IMG/VR virus record: IMGVR_UViG_3300027734_003164
Location: 1-64,000 of that record
Source: a virus
Taxonomy: Duplodnaviria > Caudoviricetes
Reading direction: 5' to 3' (one strand)
Length of the DNA: 64,000 nt
Shown here one piece after another: positions 38,189-46,769 of this stretch. The notes beneath the pieces were generated by a model. It was not told the DNA's origin. It searched no databases and worked only from the letters and a program-made list of their open reading frames with translations. The translations under genes were made by a program, and so were the position numbers. How positions within the stretch are numbered: the stretch's first letter is position 1; every line of letters begins with the position of its first letter.

Positions 38189-38386
38189 TTATTTTTTATT
38201 TTCATTTTTATAGTCGACCCAACTTATCCAAAACCCAATAGCCACAATTACATTCATACCCACAGATGCAATTAATTCATGAATATCTTTATATACATTC
38301 ATTGTTAAATGAACGTGACCAACAACCCAAAATGGTATTGATAAGTTAGACGAAACCCAAAGTAAAATATATTTCAATAATTTCAT
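38189..38386 (-). CDS. Small membrane protein
   Basis: Two hydrophobic segments. Confidence 0.6.
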   Translation of the reverse strand: MKLLKYILLWVSSNLSIPFWVVGHVHLTMNVYKDIHELIASVGMNVIVAIGFWISWVDYKNENKK

Positions 38387-38418
38387 AAATTATATTTATT
38401 GCTCTGAGTTTTTTATTT

Positions 38419-38652
38419 TTAATTTGCTTTTTCTAATTGGTCTTCGTTAAAGATGTGAAGAAGTCCATATTCATCCATCTCACCAACGACTCTCGTATTA
38501 CCTTCAACTGTTTGGAACACAGATACGATTGTACATGGAAACTTATATCCTTTAACTTTAACTGCTTTATCACCTACTTTGAACTTAGGTTGATTTGACG
38601 GGAAATCTCCGTCTGATAATTGTGGGTCATCCCACGATGTATCTCTATTCAT
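38419..38652 (-). CDS. Small SH3/KOW-like (R67 DHFR-type barrel) protein
   Basis: KFKVGDK..KVKGY.FP.TIVSVF.T..G..RVV.E..EYGLLHIFNEDQL; start moved to MNRDTSW. Confidence 0.5.
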   Translation of the reverse strand: MNRDTSWDDPQLSDGDFPSNQPKFKVGDKAVKVKGYKFPCTIVSVFQTVEGNTRVVGEMDEYGLLHIFNEDQLEKAN

Positions 38653-38784
38653 AATTTTATTTTTTAAATCTATAACCGATAAACCAAAAATCAATTCTGA
38701 AAAACCAATTACCGTCGTGTTTTCCAAAACCAATTCTAATCATCCGATTATTGTGGTTAAGTTTTATTTTATCAATTTTCATTT

Positions 38785-39864
38785 TTAATTAGAAAGCGGC
38801 ATTTTGATAGTCGGGTGTGATTGGTAATTTTTAAGTGTGAAATCACCAATAACATAAGATTCTATTGATGGTCTTGTTCCTTCATAAGTTGGAAATTGAT
38901 TAATAGTTGGTAACTCAAATGGTTCTCTTGTTAATTGTTCTTTAACTCCATCAATCTGATTTAAATAAATGTGACAATCTCCCATATTTGAAATCAACTC
39001 ATCAGGAACCATATTAACCTCCTTTGCCAATATTGTTAGAAGTAATCCATAAGACGCCAAATTAAATGGCGTTCCAAGTGGTACGTCCTGGCTTCTGCAG
39101 TTATACATTAAAGAGATTGCTCTGGTTGGAATATTAAATTTGTCACATTCTTTATGAACCTCATTATCTAAATCTATACTAACATTACTTTTTATAAAAT
39201 CAAACAGTTCATTTGAATCCAATAAATTAATTTGTTTAGTGTTTTTATAAGTGATTCTTTCACTAGCACTTAACTTTCTTGTATAAACTTGAAATCCATA
39301 ATGACAAGGTGGAAGAACCATTTGGTCCAACTCGCCTACATTCCATGCATTTACCATCAATCGTCTTGAGTCTGGGTTTGTTTTAAGGTCGTTGATTAGA
39401 TTTGTGATTTGGTCTATATTTCCCATTCCATGTTTATCCTCTAAAACTCCAGCGCTCCAACTTCGCCACTGTCTGCCATACACGGGACCTAACTCACCCC
39501 ATTTCTCAGCAAACTCATCATCGGTTTTAATTCTATCAACAAACATTTTTTCATCCAAATGTGGTTCCCAATCTTGAACCTGGTCTGAATAATTTTTATA
39601 AGCATCTCCTGTCCAAATATTGCAATCGTTTTCTAAAAGAAACTTGATGTTGGTATCTCCTCTAAGAAACCAAAGCAATTCAGTTACAATAGTTTTCCAA
39701 GCCATTTTCTTGGTTGTAAGAAGTGGAAATTTACCATCTTTAAATTTGTATCTAATAGACCGTCCAAATACACTTAAAACTTCACCATTACGTGTATTCT
39801 TTTTAATACCATTATCCAAAATGTCTTGAAGTAATGCTAAATATTGTTTATCTAATTCGTTCAT
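38785..39864 (-). CDS. thyA: Thymidylate synthase
   Basis: FPLLTTKK, ELLWFLRGDTN, LGPVYGRQWR, PDSRR..V.AWN, LPPCH, RSQD..LG.PFN.ASY, GDCHIY.NQ. Confidence 0.95.
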   Translation of the reverse strand: MNELDKQYLALLQDILDNGIKKNTRNGEVLSVFGRSIRYKFKDGKFPLLTTKKMAWKTIVTELLWFLRGDTNIKFLLENDCNIWTGDAYKNYSDQVQDWEPHLDEKMFVDRIKTDDEFAEKWGELGPVYGRQWRSWSAGVLEDKHGMGNIDQITNLINDLKTNPDSRRLMVNAWNVGELDQMVLPPCHYGFQVYTRKLSASERITYKNTKQINLLDSNELFDFIKSNVSIDLDNEVHKECDKFNIPTRAISLMYNCRSQDVPLGTPFNLASYGLLLTILAKEVNMVPDELISNMGDCHIYLNQIDGVKEQLTREPFELPTINQFPTYEGTRPSIESYVIGDFTLKNYQSHPTIKMPLSN

Positions 39865-40060
39865 ATTCTTTTTGTTTTAAATCTAATTCACTTTCATAAA
39901 AATAAGGACAACACCACTTTCTTTCATCACAATTAAGCTTAATCATTTTTCCATTATAACAACCCACTTGAGTTACTGCAGCCCAACCACTATATCTAGT
40001 TTTAACTCTGTCACCTACTTTTAAGTCATCAAATGTCATTGTTCTCTTATTATTTCCCAT
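39848..40060 (-). CDS. Hypothetical protein
   Basis: 70-aa ORF; LKVGDRVK. Confidence 0.55.
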   Translation of the reverse strand: MGNNKRTMTFDDLKVGDRVKTRYSGWAAVTQVGCYNGKMIKLNCDERKWCCPYFYESELDLKQKEYERIR

Positions 40061-40263
40061 TTGAAATTATATGTCTCACCTATTGTATCACCAACATCAT
40101 TAGAATGTAGTATAAGCATAGTGTTTTCTTTATCATTTAGTAGTGAAGTAAACCACTCTAATTCTTCTTCATCACTATGTGAATACCAGGTATCTTCATC
40201 AAACTCAATTTCTGCTTCAATTTTTATTTTTGCTTTCATAGGTTTCTTTGTAGTATTGTTCAA
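40036..40263 (-). CDS. Hypothetical protein
   Basis: 75-aa ORF. Confidence 0.55.
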   Translation of the reverse strand: MNNTTKKPMKAKIKIEAEIEFDEDTWYSHSDEEELEWFTSLLNDKENTMLILHSNDVGDTIGETYNFKWEIIREQ

Positions 40264-40462
40264 TCTTTTCCCTGCTCATTCCAACAATTAAATTATCTAC
40301 AAAATCTATCATCTGCTCTTTCTCCATCTCTTTGGCTTGTTCTTTTAGCTTCAAATAGTCTTCAACCTTAATTGAAATTTGTATTCTTCCAATGCTTACA
40401 TTTTCCCAAGAATCTCCTTGGTCTTCAAGTTGCTCTATAAATTTTTCTACTGCTGTTCTCAT
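40217..40462 (-). CDS. TAVE...EQAKEMEKE family small protein
   Basis: Paralog of the next ORF. Confidence 0.6.
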   Translation of the reverse strand: MRTAVEKFIEQLEDQGDSWENVSIGRIQISIKVEDYLKLKEQAKEMEKEQMIDFVDNLIVGMSREKIEQYYKETYESKNKN

Positions 40463-40474
40463 TGTTCTTGTTGT

Positions 40475-40693
40475 TTAAAGGTTCTCTTCCCAATATTCTT
40501 CAAATGTGAACCAATTTTCCTCAGCAATACCTTTGCCTTCAAATCTACCTGCTTGATGTGCTACATCCCAAGTTTCTTGATGTGCTTCCTTCTCCATCTC
40601 TTTGGCTTGTTCCCAATCAAACTTATCAGGTTCCCTTTGTTTTGCAATTTCATGCAACCACTCTACCGCCGTTTGTTTTTTATTATTTTCCAT
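40475..40693 (-). CDS. TAVE...EQAKEMEKE family small protein
   Basis: KQTAVEWL...EQAKEMEKE. Confidence 0.65.
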   Translation of the reverse strand: MENNKKQTAVEWLHEIAKQREPDKFDWEQAKEMEKEAHQETWDVAHQAGRFEGKGIAEENWFTFEEYWEENL

Positions 40694-40695
40694 TT

Positions 40696-40941
40696 TTAAC
40701 TTTCAATATTTAAATTATATGAAGTGAGTGTTTCTCTTATTTCATCTCTAATTTTTTGACATACTTCTATTTCTTCGGCAGACGCCTCCTCATTTGAATA
40801 AAACTTAAATCCGTGTTTGGTTGTGGTTCTTAATTTTTGGTCTAAGTCCCACATTGCCAATTTCCACTTATATCCATCAAGAGCGTCTCTTGCATCTTGT
40901 GATTCTTCTACCGAATCAAATTCTATTATTATTTTTCCCAT
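40696..40941 (-). CDS. Hypothetical phage protein
   Basis: ALDGYKWKLAMWDLDQ.LR...K. Confidence 0.65.
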   Translation of the reverse strand: MGKIIIEFDSVEESQDARDALDGYKWKLAMWDLDQKLRTTTKHGFKFYSNEEASAEEIEVCQKIRDEIRETLTSYNLNIES

Positions 40942-40951
40942 AAAAACAAAC

Positions 40952-41170
40952 TTATAAATTTTTTTCTATTATATCAAGGTACTCGTTAAAATTTAATTTG
41001 GATGGTGGTCTACCATCAATGTCGTGAAGACGATTGTAGTAATTTCTAATTTTTTGAATTGTTTCGTATGCTTCAACCTCATGAAGTCCATCCATTAAGG
41101 TGTTGTCCCACAGTCTTTGTTCATCTTCATTCATATCTGAATTTAAATAAGGTATTCTATCTTCGCTCAT
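40952..41170 (-). CDS. Hypothetical protein
   Basis: LWDNTLMDGL motif. Confidence 0.6.
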   Translation of the reverse strand: MSEDRIPYLNSDMNEDEQRLWDNTLMDGLHEVEAYETIQKIRNYYNRLHDIDGRPPSKLNFNEYLDIIEKNL

Positions 41171-41472
41171 AATAATTTTAATTCTTTTCTATATTTTTTT
41201 ATTTTTTCTCTTGTCTTTTGAAATTCATCTCCATCGCTTGCTTTATGACCTTTACCAACAGCATCTGTAATCATTAATTCGTTTTTTAAAATAAAAGTCA
41301 ATTTTTCTGAATTTGTCAATTCATAAGGAACAACTTCTGTCCTGATAAACTCACGAATCATCGCTCTTATCTTATCAATCTGTTCTGTCGGGTTCTGTTT
41401 TGTTCCGTGCACCATTACAGATGTTTGGTAGATTGTTCTACTTAACTCTAATATTTTTTTATCAAATCCCAT
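41167..41472 (-). CDS. Hypothetical protein
   Basis: 101-aa ORF. Confidence 0.6.
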   Translation of the reverse strand: MGFDKKILELSRTIYQTSVMVHGTKQNPTEQIDKIRAMIREFIRTEVVPYELTNSEKLTFILKNELMITDAVGKGHKASDGDEFQKTREKIKKYRKELKLL

Positions 41473-42136
41473 CTTTAACTGTATTTCTAATTACACCTTC
41501 AACTCTATGTTTATGTGGATAAGAGTCTTCAATAATATCTTTAACAACAATTTTTTCGAAGTCACAAGAATGTTTAACATCACAAATACCATTTTCAATT
41601 ATGTCTTCAACCAAATCTATCGTTGGCACACGGAACCCCTTGGTTTCCTTCACCCCATTTTGAATGGCATCTTTAATTGACCGAAACGGTTTTTGAAGTC
41701 TTTTACTGGTTTGTCTTACCCCATTTTGAAGGGTGTCTTCAACCTCATTATTTTGTTTTGGAGATTCAATTTGATGAACTATTTTACCTTCCATCTCTAT
41801 TGAACCCAAATAACCACTAGGTGTTGTTTCTTTCACCCCATTTTGAATGGTGTCTTCAACAGGTTTAATACCCAAAAATCTTGATTCAAACCAATTCTTA
41901 ATCAAATCTTTTTCTTCGGTGCAGTCCTTACCGATTAGTTCCAACTCACTTTGAAATAGGTTATAGTTGAACCATAAGGTTTTATCCTTTGTAAATTCAA
42001 CCACCCATTTTTTTTCTTTGGTGAATATCAACCAAGTTGAACCTTGTTCTGTAACATACTTGTCTGCACCTTCAATCATTTGGTCAAACATTCCAAAAAC
42101 AAGTTTCTCTAATTTTTTTCCTGATGGATTTTTCAC
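41462..42136 (-). CDS. Hypothetical protein with internal VED.IQNGVKET repeats
   Basis: At least four imperfect repeats in the C-terminal half. Confidence 0.65.
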   Translation of the reverse strand: MKNPSGKKLEKLVFGMFDQMIEGADKYVTEQGSTWLIFTKEKKWVVEFTKDKTLWFNYNLFQSELELIGKDCTEEKDLIKNWFESRFLGIKPVEDTIQNGVKETTPSGYLGSIEMEGKIVHQIESPKQNNEVEDTLQNGVRQTSKRLQKPFRSIKDAIQNGVKETKGFRVPTIDLVEDIIENGICDVKHSCDFEKIVVKDIIEDSYPHKHRVEGVIRNTVKDGI

Positions 42137-42145
42137 GGTTTTAAT

Positions 42146-42325
42146 TTATTGATATAAGGTATATAATTTTTCAGCAATTTTTTTCAACTTGAACTCCAAT
42201 TCTTGTATTGTTCTTTTTTGTTCCTCATTTAGTTCAAACCCATTTGCTCTTATGTCGGCAATTTCGTTAGTTAGTCGTCTGTGTTCAGACATTAACTGTC
42301 CATGTAAAATTCTTTTGTCTTCCAT
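42146..42325 (-). CDS. Small coiled-coil protein
   Basis: Start moved to MEDKRILH. Confidence 0.6.
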   Translation of the reverse strand: MEDKRILHGQLMSEHRRLTNEIADIRANGFELNEEQKRTIQELEFKLKKIAEKLYTLYQ

Positions 42326-42336
42326 ATACTTTTTTT

Positions 42337-42918
42337 TTAATCCCACCAATAGGGTAATCTTTCCTCTAAAATTCGGAAAAGAAGTTTATTTGCTTTATTA
42401 TGATTATAGTAAGATACTTCTAAACATAAAGTTTTTTTATCTTCAATAACTCCATGTTTTTTAATAACCACACGTACTGAAGAAGGATATTTATTTAGAT
42501 AATCGTCAAATCTTTCATCAGTTGTTTTAATTTCAATAGATTTTGAATCAGGTTTATTTGGAACATCTTCGAAACTAATATCATCGTTCCAATAATCCAT
42601 ACATTCCAATTCATAATAACCTTCTTTGACTCTTTCAAGTAGGTTAAGAACCAAAGTCATATCTCTATTATCTCTTTCAATATCCGTGTGTCTGTTGGCG
42701 CTTACAAGTTCTTTTCTTTGAAACTCTATTTTCTTTTGTAGAATTTTTAAAATGAAGTCTCCATCCCAATCTCTATCGTGGTATATAGTGGGCAACCATC
42801 TAAAAATGTTTTTTACACCGGTAAAAAAATATCTTATTCTCCAATGTAATTTACTTAATAAAGTATTTCTATCCCAATCAGAATCTTTTGGTATTGGTAA
42901 TTGTTTATATGTTTTCAT
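42337..42918 (-). CDS. Hypothetical phage protein
   Basis: KNIFRWLPTIY.DRDWD...WWD C-terminus. Confidence 0.7.
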   Translation of the reverse strand: MKTYKQLPIPKDSDWDRNTLLSKLHWRIRYFFTGVKNIFRWLPTIYHDRDWDGDFILKILQKKIEFQRKELVSANRHTDIERDNRDMTLVLNLLERVKEGYYELECMDYWNDDISFEDVPNKPDSKSIEIKTTDERFDDYLNKYPSSVRVVIKKHGVIEDKKTLCLEVSYYNHNKANKLLFRILEERLPYWWD

Positions 42919-42928
42919 TTGTTTTTGT

Positions 42929-43165
42929 TTATTTCAATTTATAAACTTTATATGGTGGATTTATTTTTGTTTCGCTCCCATCACTATTTTTATAAATTAA
43001 GGTGTCTTCTCTATAATATATGGAATCCGCATACCAAATAGCATCATGCATAGGATTGGTTCCTGATGTTGGTAAATAAATTTTTCCTTTTATTTTGTAT
43101 TTAAAATCTTCCTCGACACAAGAAAATAATAAAAATAAAGGTAGTAGGTAAATTAACTTTTTCAT
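42929..43165 (-). CDS. Small putative lipoprotein
   Basis: LFSC lipobox. Confidence 0.6.
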   Translation of the reverse strand: MKKLIYLLPLFLLFSCVEEDFKYKIKGKIYLPTSGTNPMHDAIWYADSIYYREDTLIYKNSDGSETKINPPYKVYKLK

Positions 43166-43428
43166 TTTTTGTTAAATAATTCTTTTAGTTCTTCTTGTAG
43201 GTTGTCGTATTCTTCTACATAATTTTCAAATAGTTTTTTATTTTCAAAAAATCCCAATGTAAAAGACAACGATGTTAAAATATATAAAAAATTAAAATTA
43301 ATAAAATTTAAAAAAATCATAACTTGTTCCACAATAAATAAAACAAGACACATAAATCCTAAAAAACTATGAACTCTCATTTGTGATGTAACAACAATCA
43401 ATCTTGAATAAATTTCATTCTCTCTCAT
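43162..43428 (-). CDS. Small membrane protein
   Basis: Two hydrophobic segments. Confidence 0.55.
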   Translation of the reverse strand: MRENEIYSRLIVVTSQMRVHSFLGFMCLVLFIVEQVMIFLNFINFNFLYILTSLSFTLGFFENKKLFENYVEEYDNLQEELKELFNKK

Positions 43429-43832
43429 TTTAACTTCGAGACATTTGTTAAGATAGTATCCAAAGACATTTGGATATTTGATTTAATTTCTTTTTCATAA
43501 GATATTGCGTCAGCTTCAACTCTACTATTGAATAGTTTTATCAACTTAGTTGCATTATCATATCTTAATTTGATTTCATAGTGATAGATATGATTTGTAA
43601 TTTCTAAATACGAATCATCAATAAGAATAAAAATGCCTAATGGTTTATTCACAATATATCTTTTTCCTGAAACTGGAGCTATTGTAAATTTAGAATCAGG
43701 ATTTCTCAACATGTTTCTAAATATGGTCATAGCTTTTTGTTCGTGAGAATCCTCGAAGGCAGTTTTTTGATTAATCCATATATTTTTAATGAATCTTTGA
43801 ATTTTGTAAGATATTTTTTTTGTTAGTTTCAT
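43425..43832 (-). CDS. Hypothetical protein
   Basis: 135-aa ORF; TAGTTTTG promoter at 43846-43853. Confidence 0.65.
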   Translation of the reverse strand: MKLTKKISYKIQRFIKNIWINQKTAFEDSHEQKAMTIFRNMLRNPDSKFTIAPVSGKRYIVNKPLGIFILIDDSYLEITNHIYHYEIKLRYDNATKLIKLFNSRVEADAISYEKEIKSNIQMSLDTILTNVSKLK

Positions 43833-43878
43833 AATTTTGTTTTTACAAAACTAAGTAATAAAAGAAATAAAAACAAAT

Positions 43879-44517
43879 TTATTTAAACTTTTTTATTTGA
43901 TTTTTTTCTCTCATTCGATTAGCATAATCCAACCAAATCTTTTTGACTTTCGGCCATTCTTTTTTTGGATTGTCAAATTTTAAAATATTTTCTCTGAACC
44001 ATTCTTCCATGGCGTCATCAAGTGATACTCTTTTGAATCTTGCCCTTGAAATCAACCCTTTTACATATGCTGGTATTTCATGTGGGTTTGTCAGGTATTC
44101 AAAGTTGTTGGTGTATTCAGTACTTGGGTAATACATATCCTCAAAATTATCTTGACCGATATGTTCCACTTCATGTACTAATGTTTCTTTTAATTCGGCT
44201 GTAAAATCAACCATTACTTTAGGGAAGTCTTGAGGTCTATATGTAATCTCAATTTCTATAATATCAAATTCGGCTTCCGCACTTATTGAAAATGGATGAT
44301 TAAAATCTTCATCATAAATGAATTTACACACCACATCAAATTCGGCGTATTCATCACCTCTTTCTACATAATAGTTTTTAGTGAAATTTTCTTCTTGTTT
44401 GAAATGATAAATTACATCTCGATATATTTCATTAACAACTATATCAAGTTTACCTTCCTTAATTAAGTTTTTTTTTAACTTATTAACAATAATATTTTCA
44501 AATATAGAATTAATCAT
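43879..44517 (-). CDS. Zincin-like HExxH protein
   Basis: LVHEVEHIGQ...Y...PHEIPAY. Confidence 0.55.
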   Translation of the reverse strand: MINSIFENIIVNKLKKNLIKEGKLDIVVNEIYRDVIYHFKQEENFTKNYYVERGDEYAEFDVVCKFIYDEDFNHPFSISAEAEFDIIEIEITYRPQDFPKVMVDFTAELKETLVHEVEHIGQDNFEDMYYPSTEYTNNFEYLTNPHEIPAYVKGLISRARFKRVSLDDAMEEWFRENILKFDNPKKEWPKVKKIWLDYANRMREKNQIKKFK

Positions 44518-45125
44518 TGTTGAAGATACGTCATCAGAACTCCACCTATTGCGGTTGCGTGATTTTGTAAATGGTTAATTGATTCAATGTCCAATTTGGT
44601 TTTTCTTTTGGTAAAGTCGACAGAAAGAACCCCAATGAATTTTTCTTCTATTGTTTTAATAGCAAATAAATAAGAAGATTTACAGTTAGATTCCTCGGCA
44701 ACATATTTTAAACCAAACGTTGCAATTTTCTCATCTTTAAAATCAGGAACTTCAATTACGTTATTATTGTAAAGTTCGTTAATTGATTTTGAAAAAAGAT
44801 TTACAGGTATATTTTTGAAATTTGTTTGGACAGAATTGGTATTAGGCCCAACCGTTTCATAAACTATTGAAAACTTAGCCATAGACCTACCAGTTGGATA
44901 AAAATTACCTCCGTTATGGAATTGTGAAACCCATACTCTATCGGCACCAAATTCTTCTTTTATATGTTCTATTTTTTGATTTACAAGTTCACTAACTCGT
45001 AATGTGTCCATAACCATATCAGGTTTTGTCTTTTGTTTATCCAAAAGATGTTTGATATATAAAAGTAATATGGGACCCAATACCCCCGATATGAAGGCAA
45101 TAATTAATTGATAAATTCCGTCCAT
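44514..45125 (-). CDS. Single N-terminal TM + GAF-like domain protein (possible T4 T-type holin architecture)
   Basis: TM at residues about 4-25; ADRVWVSQFHNGG...FS..YE.V...KSSYLFAI......FIGVL.VDF. Confidence 0.55.
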   Translation of the reverse strand: MDGIYQLIIAFISGVLGPILLLYIKHLLDKQKTKPDMVMDTLRVSELVNQKIEHIKEEFGADRVWVSQFHNGGNFYPTGRSMAKFSIVYETVGPNTNSVQTNFKNIPVNLFSKSINELYNNNVIEVPDFKDEKIATFGLKYVAEESNCKSSYLFAIKTIEEKFIGVLSVDFTKRKTKLDIESINHLQNHATAIGGVLMTYLQQ

Positions 45126-45152
45126 TTTAATGAATTGAAAAATTTAGAAAAA

Positions 45153-45326
45153 TTATTTGTTATTTTTCTCTATTATGGACCAAATAGTACCTGTTAGTGT
45201 TATAATTCCACCAATAATTTCTGTTGCGGTAGATTCGTCAATTAAACCTTTAGTAATTAATATACCACCAATAAAAGTAAGTCCGTGTCTGACAATTCCT
45301 AAAATTTGTTCTTTCGTAAGTTTCAT
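45153..45326 (-). CDS. Small two-TM putative holin (57 aa)
   Basis: Not in the ORF track. MKLTKEQILGIVRHGLTFIGGILITKGLIDESTATEIIGGIITLTGTIWSIIEKNNK. Confidence 0.65.
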   Translation of the reverse strand: MKLTKEQILGIVRHGLTFIGGILITKGLIDESTATEIIGGIITLTGTIWSIIEKNNK

Positions 45327-45381
45327 TTTTAAATTCTTGAACGTTTATTTATTTTAATAAATATAATAAACATCATAAAAA

Positions 45382-45468
45382 TTACGCTTTGTGTTGAAAG
45401 TATTTGTAAATTATAAAAACAATAAGTAGACACGGAGTCGATGCTGCGATGATTTCGGTAATAGACAT
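45382..45468 (-). CDS. 28-aa hydrophobic peptide
   Basis: MSITEIIAASTPCLLIVFIIYKYFQHKA. Confidence 0.4.
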   Translation of the reverse strand: MSITEIIAASTPCLLIVFIIYKYFQHKA

Positions 45469-45493
45469 AATTTTTTTATTTATATATATGTAA

Positions 45494-45550
45494 AACAATA
45501 ATAATAATGGTTATAAGAGTTGTCAAAACTTTCATAACCATTATTTTTTT
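45494..45550 (-). terminator. Long inverted repeat, probable terminator of the tRNA operon
   Basis: AATAATGGTTAT / ATAACCATTATT stem. Confidence 0.55.
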
Positions 45551-45559
45551 TAGCATTTG

Positions 45560-45636
45560 TGGTGGTCCCACCTGGGTTCGAACCAGAGACCTACGCATTA
45601 TGAGTGCGGTGCTCTAACCTGCTGAGCTATAAGACC
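45560..45636 (-). tRNA. tRNA with CAT anticodon, probably Ile2 (lysidine) rather than Met; CCA encoded
   Basis: GGTCTTA/TGGGACC acceptor, GCTC D-stem, loop CTCATAA, TTCGAAC T-loop, ACCA end; lacks initiator GGG/CCC anticodon stem. Confidence 0.85.
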
Positions 45637-45643
45637 AAAATAA

Positions 45644-45823
45644 TTATAATAGATTTTTAAAAAACTGCGTCCATTTTTCAATTGCCGGTTCTAACAAAAT
45701 AATTGAACCCATACAATATAAAATAGACATCCAATCAACATTAGTTTTGAAAAACTGATAGACACAAACCACACCCAATAGAGTAGTTAATATCCCAAAA
45801 ATAGTATAAATGTGTTTTTTCAT
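45644..45823 (-). CDS. Small two-TM protein (59 aa)
   Basis: Not in the ORF track. MKKHIYTIFGILTTLLGVVCVYQFF... Confidence 0.55.
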   Translation of the reverse strand: MKKHIYTIFGILTTLLGVVCVYQFFKTNVDWMSILYCMGSIILLEPAIEKWTQFFKNLL

Positions 45824-45847
45824 ATATTAATTTTTTAAATCTTTTTG

Positions 45848-45919
45848 CGGTCCATGCGAGAATCGAACTCGCGGCTCATCCGTGACAGGGATGAATGTTA
45901 GCCACTACACCAATGGACC
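45848..45919 (-). tRNA. tRNA-Asp(GTC)
   Basis: GGTCCAT/ATGGACC acceptor, CATCC-CTGTCAC-GGATG anticodon arm, G discriminator; CCA not encoded. Confidence 0.9.
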
Positions 45920-45924
45920 TATTT

Positions 45925-46203
45925 TTATATCAAAGCGTCCCATTCAGAAACCACAAATTCAAGTTTTAAAAATCCTTCAACGGGAATATAGGTTACTTGA
46001 AGACCTCCTGTTCCCATACTCATTTCTGTTTGTATAGCTTCAGTTAAAAGTTGTCTTGCCGTTTCTCTAATCTCACCTTGACAAGGAATCTTTTCTTCAG
46101 CACTTGACCATTCCCAACCAAGAGCTTTCATAGTTTTATGAACTTTTTCAAAGTCAAACCAATCCATTATGTTATCCACCGCTTTTCTTTGTTCCTCTGT
46201 CAT
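45925..46203 (-). CDS. Hypothetical phage protein
   Basis: IMDWFDFEKVHKTM..L.WEW; TATATTTG at 46208-46215. Confidence 0.7.
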   Translation of the reverse strand: MTEEQRKAVDNIMDWFDFEKVHKTMKALGWEWSSAEEKIPCQGEIRETARQLLTEAIQTEMSMGTGGLQVTYIPVEGFLKLEFVVSEWDALI

Positions 46204-46226
46204 AATACAAATATAAGAATAATTTT

Positions 46227-46496
46227 TTATAAAGACTGCACTTGTTCCATAACTCCTGTAACCTCATCAGGATTTAAATAACCAATCACATCACTTGTAA
46301 CAGGAGTTTCATATGTTAGATTACCTTCTTTGTCTAAAACTGCAATTTCAAACAAACCATCTTTTCCACCATATGAATATGTGTGAGATACAACACTAAC
46401 TCCAAATCCATTTTCAAACATCATTCGAGAACGAACACCTGACATATATGGTTCATCAGATAATTTTTCAAATTCTAAATCTTCAAATTTTTTCAT
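46227..46496 (-). CDS. Hypothetical phage protein
   Basis: FENGFGVSVV...SYGG..GLFEIAVL...Y.TP.T.DVIG.L. Confidence 0.75.
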   Translation of the reverse strand: MKKFEDLEFEKLSDEPYMSGVRSRMMFENGFGVSVVSHTYSYGGKDGLFEIAVLDKEGNLTYETPVTSDVIGYLNPDEVTGVMEQVQSL

Positions 46497-46513
46497 AACT
46501 TTTAATTTTTTTG

Positions 46514-46619
46514 TAGTCAGGACAGGATTCGAACCTGCATAGTGCCTTTTTCACTTGATTATCTTATGTCGAAATAAGAACTGGGAACACCAGTGCGATA
46601 CCATTCCGCTCACCTGACT
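46514..46619 (-). ncRNA. tRNA-like RNA (106 nt) with aberrant anticodon arm and double-hairpin variable region
   Basis: AGTCAGG/CCTGACT acceptor, GCG/CGC D-stem with GG loop, GCAGG-TTCGAAT-CCTGT T-arm. Confidence 0.7.
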
Positions 46620-46695
46620 ATGTCCTCGTCTTTCCGAGATGTCAATACGGATATTTTGTGTACAATTCAGGACTCTCGTATTGCTTCCTTAGTTG

Positions 46696-46769
46696 TAGTT
46701 AATACTGGACTCGAACCAATGACCTATTCCGTATCAGGGAATCGCTCTAACCAACTGAGCTAATTAACT
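46696..46769 (-). tRNA. tRNA-Ile(GAT)
   Basis: AGTTAAT/ATTAACT acceptor, ATTCC-CTGATAC-GGAAT anticodon arm, TTCGAGT T-loop. Confidence 0.9.
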
